The notes under the pieces are model-generated. The model did no database searches. It saw only the letters and a list, made by a program, of their open reading frames with translations, and was not told where the DNA came from. Source: Eledone cirrhosa (taxonomy: Eukaryota). Taken from it: 64,000 nucleotides of DNA. Of this stretch, positions 56,010 through 64,000 are shown one piece after another. Numbering within the stretch: the stretch's first letter is position 1; each line of letters opens with the position of its first letter. The translations under genes and the position numbers were made by a program. The stretch spans positions 17,360,001 through 17,424,000 of the forward strand of contig OZ024762.1 of the NCBI GenBank assembly GCA_964016885.1, read 5' to 3'.

Positions 56010-59000
56010 AACCATCTTGCCAACAACAACCCTGAGCACCTTTTTGATCTCCATGTGTCTAACACACGTGGACATGGCTACAAAGTCAGAAAACAGCACA
56101 GCTCCCATGACTTTCGGAAACCTTTTTTCATGCTTAGAGTTGCTGAAGCATGGAACAAACTACCTGCATCAGTTGTTAGCTGTCGAGACATTGCATCCTT
56201 TAAAACCTCCATGGAACAAACTACCTGCATCAGTTATTAGCTGTCGAGACATTGCATCCTTTAAAACCTCCATGGAACAAACTACCTACATCAGTTGTTA
56301 GCTGCCAAGACACTACATCCTTTAAAACCTGAATGGAACAAACTACTTACATCAGTTGTTAGCTGCCAAGACACTGCATCCTTTAAAACCTCCATGGAAC
56401 AAACTACTTGCATCAATTGTTAGCTGTTGAGACATTGCATCCTTTAAAACCTCCATGGAACAAACTACCTGCATCAGTTGTTAGCTGTCGAGACACTGCA
56501 TCCTTTAAAACCTCCATGGAACAAACTACCTGCATCAGTTGTTAGCTGTCGAGACACTGCATCCTTTAAAACCTCCATGGAATAAACTACCTGCATCAGT
56601 TGTTAGCTGTCGAGACACTGCATCCTTTAAAACCTCCATGGAATAAACTACCTGCATTAGTTGTTAGCTGTCGAGACACTGCATCCTTTAAAACCTCCAT
56701 GGAACAAACTACCTACATCAGTTGTTAGCTGTCGAGACACTGCATCCTTTAAAACCTCCATGGAATAAACTACCTGCATCAGTTGTTAGCTGTCGAGACA
56801 CTGCATCCTTTAAAACCTCCATGGAACAAACTACCTGCATCAGTTGTTAGCTGCCGAGAGACTGCATCCTTTAAAACCTCCATGGAATAAACTACCTGCA
56901 TCAGTTGTTAGCTGTCGAGACACTGCATCCTTTAAAACCTCCATGGAACAAACTACCTACATCAGTTGTTAGCTGTCGAGACACTGCATCCTTTAAAACC
57001 TCCATGGAAAAAACTACCTGCATCAGTTGTTAGCTGTCGAGACACTGCATCCTTTAAAACCTCCAGGGAACAAACTACCTGCATCAGTTGTTAGCTGCCG
57101 AGACACTGCATCCTTTAAAACCTCCATGGAACAAACTACCTGCATCAGTTGTTAGCTGTCGAGACCCTGCATCCTTTAAAACCTCCATGGAACAAACTAC
57201 CTGCATCAGTTGTTAGCTGCCAAGACACTACATCCTTTAAAACCTCCATGGAACAAACTACCTGCATCAGTTGTTAGCTGTCAAGACACTACATCCTTTA
57301 AAACCTCCATGGAACAAACTACCTGCATCAGTTGTTAGCTGCCAAGACACTACATCCTTTAAAACCTCCATGGAATAAACTACCTGCATCAGTTGTTAGC
57401 TGTCGAGACACTGCATCCTTTAAAACCTCAATGGAACAAACTACCTGCATCAGTTGTTAGCTGTCGAGACACTGCATCCTTTAAAACCTCAATGGAACAA
57501 ACTACCTGCATCAGTTGTTAGCTGTCGAGACACTGCATCCTTTAAAGCCTCAATGGAACAAACTACCTGCATCAGTTGTTAGCTGCCAAGACACTACATC
57601 CTTTAAAACCTCCATGGAATAAACTACCTGCATCAGTTGTTAACTGCCGAGACACTGCATCGTTTAAAACCTCAATGGAACAAACTACCTGCATCAGTTG
57701 TTAGCTGTCGAGACACTGCATCCTTTAAAACCTCAATGGAACAAACTACCTGCATCAGTTGTTAGCTGTCGAGACACTGCATCCTTTAAAACCTCAATGG
57801 AACAAACTACCTGCATCAGTTGTTAGCTGTCGAGACACTGCATCCTTTAAAACCTCAATGGAACAAACTACCTGCATCAGTTGTTAGCTGCCAAGACACT
57901 ACATCCTTTAAAACCTCCATGGAATAAACTACCTGCATCAGTTGTTAACTGCCGAGACACTGCATCGTTTAAAACCTCAATGGAACAAACTACCTGCATC
58001 AGTTGTTAGCTGCCAAGACACTGAGACACTGCATCCTTTAAAACCTCCATGGAACAAACTACCTGCATCAGTTGTTAGCTGTCGAGACACTGCATCCTTT
58101 AAAACCTCAATGGAACACGCTACCTACATCAGTTGTTAGCTCTCAAGACACTGCATCCTTTAAAACCTCCATGGAACAAACTACCTGCATCAGTTGTTCG
58201 CTGCCGAGATACTGCATTCTTTAAAACCTCCATGGAACAAACTACCTGCAGCAGTTGTTAGCTGCCGAGACACTGCATCCTTTAAAACCTCCATGGAACA
58301 AAATACCTGCATCAGTTGTCACTGCATCCTTTAAAACCTCCATGGAACAAACTACCTTCATCAGTTGTTAGCTGCCGAGACACTGCATCCTTTAAAACCT
58401 CCATGGAACAAACTACCTGCATCAGTTGTTAGCTGTCGAGACATTGCATCCTTTAAAACCTCAATGGAACAAACTACCTGCATCAGTTGTTAGCTGTCGA
58501 GACACTGCATCCTTTAAAACCTCCATGGAACAAACTACCTTCATCAGTTCTTAGCTGCCGAGACACTGCATCCTTTAAAACCTCCATGGAACAAACTACC
58601 TGCATCAGTTGTTAGCTGTCGAGACACTGCATCCTTTAAAACCTCCATGGAATAAACTACCTGCATCAGTTGTTAGCTGTCGAGACATTGCATCCTTTAA
58701 AACCTCAATGGAACAAACTACCTGCATCAGTTGTTAGCTGCCAAGACACTACATCCTTTAAAACCTCCATGGAACAAACTACCTGCATCAGTTGTTAGCT
58801 GTCGAGACACTGCATCCTTTAAAACCTCAATGGAACAAACTACCTGCATCAGTTGTTAGCTGTCGAGACACTGCATCCTTTAAAACCTCAATGGAACAAA
58901 CTACCTGCATCAGTTGTTAGCTGTCGAGACACTGCATCCTTTAAAACCTCAATGGAACAAACTACCTGCATCAGTTGTTAGCTGCCAAGACACTACATCC

Positions 59001-59820
59001 TTTAAAACCTCCATGGAATAAACTACCTGCATCAGTTGTTAACTGCCGAGACACTGCATCGTTTAAAACCTCAATGGAACAAACTACCTGCATCAGTTGT
59101 TAGCTGTCGAGACACTGCATCCTTTAAAACCTCCAGGGAACAAACTACCTGCATCAGTTGTTAGCTGCCGAGACACTGCATCCTTTAAAACCCCCATGGA
59201 ACAAACTACCTGCATCAGTTGTTAGCTGTCGATACCCTGCATCCTTTAAAACCTCCATGGAACAAACTACCTGCATCAGTTGTTAGCTGCCAAGACACTA
59301 CATCCTTTAAAACCTCCATGGAACAAACTACCTGCATCAGTTGTTAGCTGTCGAGACACTGCATCCTTTAAAACCTCCATGGAACAAACTACCTGCATCA
59401 GTTGTTAGCTGCCGAGACACTGCATCCTTTAAAACCTCCATGGAACAAACTACCTGCATCAGTTGTTAGCTGTCGAGACACTGCATCCTTTAAAACCTCC
59501 ATGGAACAAACTACCTGCATCAGTTGTTAGCTGTCGAGACACTGCATCCATTAAAACCTCCATGGAACAAGCTACCTGCATCAGTTGTTAGCTGTTGAGA
59601 CACTGCATCCTTTAAAACCCTCATGCTTCCTGAAATTTGCCAAAACTACACCTGATGTCCCCCTTCCATACACATGCACGCATGTGTATATCATGACTCA
59701 TGCACTGTTTATTTTCCTGACGTTTGTACATTACCCTATGTACTATACATACATTTTTGATGAGTTGTAGTGCACCTGAGCACTGTACACAATAATTTCA
59801 TTATTATCATTATTATTATT
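56010..59820 (+). mobile_element. CR1/L2-like LINE 3' end interrupted by a 61-bp satellite
   Basis: NTRGHGYK...FRKPFFMLRVAEAWNKLPASVV...SFK. The 3' UTR ends GTGCACCTGAGCACTGTACACAATAATTTCATT(ATT)n. The same tail occurs alone at ~30545, 30670, 30745 (-), 51628 and 55850. Confidence 0.8.
56149..59620. repeat. 61-bp minisatellite, ~57 copies
   Basis: Unit CATGGAACAAACTACCTGCATCAGTTGTTAGCTGTCGAGACACTGCATCCTTTAAAACCTC. Confidence 0.97.
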
Positions 59821-60228
59821 TAGTGCTGACAGTGGATTGGCAGTATCGGTAGAGGGTCGGACGCCAAGCTTTGCAGCATAGAGTTACTGCTCTTTACATT
59901 CTGAGTTCAAAACCTGCCGAGGTTAACTTTGCCTTTCATCCTTACAGGGTTGATAAAATAAAGTACCAGTAATACACTGGAGTAATTGCTGGCCTTGTGC
60001 CAAAAGTAGAAACAGTTACCATTTAGTGCTGGCTCTCAGCTCAAATACTACTGAGATCAACTTTGCCTTATCCTTCCGAGGTCGATAAAATAAAAATAAA
60101 GTACCAGTAATGCACTGGGGTCAATATAATCACCACCACCCCCACTCCCACCCCGCAAGCTTCAAATTGGTGGCTTTGTACCAAAAGTTGAAACAATTGT
60201 TATTTTATGTCTTAAATTTGTTTTTTAG

Positions 60229-60330
60229 ATCATTCAAGCTGGTTTTAGGGAATTATTTGAGGAGACTGGTTTACAAATAGGATCAGAACAGTGTGAAAGG
60301 AAAACATTAATGCCTATTGCACTTTGGGAG
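60229..60330 (+). CDS. NUDT17: NUDT17 coding exon 5 (IIQAGFRELFEETGLQIGSEQCERKTLMPIALWE), second half of Nudix box
   Basis: Acceptor TTTTTTAG|, donor GAG|GTAAGT, 102 bp. RELxEETG Nudix motif. The gene continues beyond the window. Confidence 0.93.
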
Positions 60331-60370
60331 GTAAGTCCAAATATATTTTCAGTAATGTACTACTGTCACA

Positions 60371-61190
60371 TTAACCCTTTAGCATTTAAAGCGACCATAT
60401 CCGGTCAGAATTCTCTCATCTCTTTCTGTTTGAACCGGCTATAACTGGTTGCTCATACTGATGTTAAGGTAATTGTTCTCAAAATAAATAACAGCAAGAT
60501 CTCATAGATTTGATATTATATGAGGTAAAGCCTTTACTGTGAAAATACAGTAGTATATATAGAGTAATGTAAATGTTATGTGAGGTAAAGCCTTTACTGT
60601 GAAAATACAATAGTATATATAGAGTAATGTAAATGTTATGTGAGGTAAAGCCTTTACTGTGAAAATACAATAGTATATATAGAGTAATGTAAATGTTATG
60701 TGAGGTAAAGCCTTTACTGTGAAAATACAATAGTATATATAGAGTAATGTAAATGTTATGTGAGATATGTGAGGTAAAGCCTTTACTGTGAAAATACAAT
60801 AGTATATATAGAGTAATGTAAATGTTATGTGAGATATGTGAGGTAAAGCCTTTACTGTGAAAATACAATAGTATATATAGAATAATGTAAATGTTATGTG
60901 AGATATTATGTGAGGTAAAGCTTTTACTGTGAAAATACAATAGTATATGTAGAGTAATGTAAATGTTATGTGAGGTAAAGCCTTTACTGTGAAAATACAA
61001 TAGTATATATAGAGTAATGTAAATGTTATGTGAGATATTATGTGAGGTAAATCCTTTACCATGAAAATACAATAGTATATATAGAGTAATGTAAATGTTA
61101 TGTGAGGTAAAGCCTTTACTGTGAAAATACAATAGTATATATAGAGTAATGTAAATGTTATGTGAGATATTATGTGAGGTAAAGCCTCAG
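60371..61190 (-). mobile_element. Same piggyBac-like MITE, opposite orientation, with 60-75-bp internal array
   Basis: TTAACCCTTTAGCATTTAAA terminus; array at 60520-61190. Confidence 0.75.
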
Positions 61191-61555
61191 ATTACATTTA
61201 TTGTATTCAGCCATGGAGAGCAATAACTTGTTAGTTATTATATATATATAGTAATAATAATAAGTGTGAAGGCTAAAATCCAATGATGAATGTATATTAA
61301 ATATATAAGAACCATAGAGCAAACATTTACTAAAATATATATATATTTTGTTAACTTGTTTAGCTTGCTTCGTTTTTTTTGGCTCCGGTGGCTGATAGCC
61401 TCATGACTGCCGTTTTCATTTTGTATGGCCTCTATAACATATGTTAATTGCTCTGGTCTTCTTTTAGTCCATTGAGCGCTTGCCGCATATCTCGAAAATT
61501 GCGTTTCGCTTTGTTTTTGATCACAGCCGAAATACAATCTCGCTGAAATTATATT

Positions 61556-61590
<35 letters not shown>

Positions 61591-61984
61591 AAATGAAAAT
61601 CCGAAGGCAAGGTAAAATTTCCAATCATTTTAATCATGACACATGTTTCAATAAGAGATAGATCGATCGGGAAGCCATGATCAATTATCACTGATCTCGT
61701 CGGGTGAAAATGAATTGTCTTCAAATTCTTGATATGAGGGTGAAAATTAGCAATGTTCACTCACAGAGTTTATTCCCTCATATGAAGATCAAGCAGTCAA
61801 AAATACTGCGACTGCTATCATCTTCAGTTAAGGTCATAAAACTATCAACTTTCTATATCCCAATCCCATCTAGCTGTTCCCTTGAATGGAATTGGAGATA
61901 TACAAAAGCGTGGAGAACTTAATATTGCTAACAAAAATTTATTGCACCGTTTTACACAACCAATAATACACCTTACTATATAAC

Positions 61985-62048
<64 letters not shown>

Positions 62049-62455
62049 TGAAATTCCGGTATAACAAAATTCATCAAAATTTGTTGTAACAAAAAATTCT
62101 TTATAACAAGATTGACCTAACACATCGACCGTGTGGCCATGGATTGTAAAATATTTCGTTATACTGAATATATCACCTCATCTTCTCTCCAACATTTTAT
62201 ACTAATACAAATTCCCCCCTTTGATAATGCATAAAAAGCTGAAACCGATAATAGACAATTATTCGGTAGAGGGTCGGACGCTATGCTTTGACGTATAGAG
62301 TTACGGCCCTTGCCATTCTGAGTTCAAATTCCGCCGAGGTTAACTTTGCCTTTCATCCTTACGGGGTCGATAAAATAAAGTACCAGTAATGCTCTGGGTA
62401 ATTTCTGGCCTTGTGCCAATTGTAGAAACAATTATTAAATATATAAATATATTTA

Positions 62456-63480
62456 ATGTTCATCATAGTCCTGCAGGCAATAACGAAGGAGTTTAAGACC
62501 GGATGCCCATGGGAACTCCTGTATGCTGATGACGTTGCACTTATAGCTGAATCTATGATAGAACTAGAGAAGAAATTCCAAACTTGGAAGCTGGGACTAG
62601 AAAGAAAGGGTCTCAAAGTCAACATGACAAAGACTAAGGTCCTTGTAAGTAGACGAGAAAACAGAACCCAGATCCCCTCAGGGAAATGGCCTTGCTCAGT
62701 ATGTAGGAAAGGTGTAGGTAGGAACTCCATTCTCTGCCCCAAATGCAAACAATGGGTACACAAGAGATGTAGCGGGATCTCAGGAAGCTTAATTAAGAAT
62801 GTAGGCTTCACATGCAGCAGCTGTGCTGGGACAGCAAGCAGCAAACAGCCACAGGAAACAAGTACCACCAATCTCTGGGAGGGCTCTGTAGAAACAGTAG
62901 ACAGCTTCTGCTACCTAGGTGACCGAATTAGCAGCAGAGGTGGGTGTTCAGAAAGTACAATAACTAGGGTAAGAACGGGATGGAAGAAGTTCAGGGAACT
63001 ACTACCACTGCTAGCTGCAAAAGGCTTCTCCCTCAAAATGAAAGGCAGACTGTATGATGCGTGTATCCGAACAGCAATGTTACATGGTAGTGAGACCTGG
63101 GCGCTGAAGGTGGAAAACTTACGTAGATTAGAGAGAAACGAAGCCTGCATGCTCCGATGGATGTGTAACAGTAATATACGTGAACGACAAAGCATAAATG
63201 AATTGAGAGAGAGACTGAGCATAAGAGGAACTAAATGCTGTGTGCAGGAGAGGCGGTTGCGCTGGTATGGACATGTGATGCGCATGAAGGATGACAGCTG
63301 CATAAAAAGGTGCAGAGCACTAGAAGTCGATGGAAACTGCGGTGTGGGGAGACCCAAAATGACCTGGGATGAGGTGATAAAAGCCGACCTTACCCAATTA
63401 CACCTCTGAAAGGCATTGACACATGACCGTGACCTCTGGCGTCACACAGTAATACAGAGTACCCGACCTCCCATGGGTAC
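62456..63480 (+). mobile_element. 5'-truncated RTE-like LINE (family 3) with PHD-like Cys4-His-Cys3 insert after the RT core
   Basis: PWELLYADD; CSVC...CPKC...HKRC...CSSC; HGSETW; LRWYGHVMRM; GRPKMTW. Confidence 0.88.
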
Positions 63481-63559
63481 CAGCTGAAGCATATAGACAA
63501 TATGCCCCCCCCCCCCCACCGCAAGGTGGTCGTGGAGGTGCCACGGCAAAAAAGCACCC

Positions 63560-63785
63560 AGCCCACACTGTAAAGTGGACGTGTAGGCGCCACGAAAAAG
63601 CACCCAGCACTCACTGTAAATGAGGTTGGTGTTAGGAAGGGCATCCAGCTGTAGAAATCAAGCCAAATCAGTTCCTGTATGAGCAAGGCATGGTCAGCCG
63701 ACCAGACACTGCCCACAACAGGACAACCCGTCTAACCCATGCTAGCGTGGAAGAACGGACGTAAAACGGTGATGATGATGATGAT
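63560..63785 (+). mobile_element. SINE-like repeat with RTE-type (TGA)n tail
   Basis: GTTGGTGTTAGGAAGGGCATCCAGC...CATGCTAGCGTGGAA...GGACGT(TGA)n. Other copies at ~44890-45065 (+), ~45925-46110 (-), ~54490-55070 (-). Confidence 0.75.
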
Positions 63786-63953
63786 AAATAAATAAATAAA
63801 TGCTATTGTTAATTAATAAATAAATTAACTAATACCTTAACACTTCACACAAAGTAAAATATTTTGTTTTAAACATTTTCTAACCCAGAAAAAAAGAGAA
63901 AAAAATAAAGGGAAAAAAAAAATTTTTTCTTCCTAATAATCGTCCTTTTCTCC

Positions 63954-63999
<46 letters not shown>

Positions 64000-64000
64000 T

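Noticed and set aside
53612-59620. Regular arrays superficially like CRISPR
   Set aside because: No unique spacers, no cas genes, eukaryotic intron.

Overview
Eukaryotic (animal) genomic DNA, very rich in microsatellites and transposons. The repeat repertoire (tRNA-derived SINEs, RTE, CR1-like and Tx1-like LINEs, huge (TA)n tracts) suggests a mollusc, probably an octopod cephalopod; this is inference. The only host gene I can support is the 5' part of NUDT17 (Nudix hydrolase 17) on the + strand: five coding exons at 43166-60330, including a 26-bp micro-exon, continuing beyond the window. Most of the ORF track is low-complexity artefact or LINE debris. Main signals: (1) about nine minimal type-I hammerhead-ribozyme motifs from several sequence families, each in a short module embedded in (TA)n (Penelope-like/retrozyme-like), one with a ~115-nt stem II; (2) long fold-back hairpins; (3) a putative non-coding exon packed with TGCCAAA/GTGCCAAA motifs (miR-96-family seed matches or NFI half-sites); (4) unique-sequence islands with RFX X-boxes, kB, YY1, CRE and CArG motifs; (5) twin-priming inversions in RTE copies; (6) several satellites amplified from internal pieces of transposons. 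Element boundaries are read by eye and are approximate unless splice sites, TSDs or TIRs are quoted.
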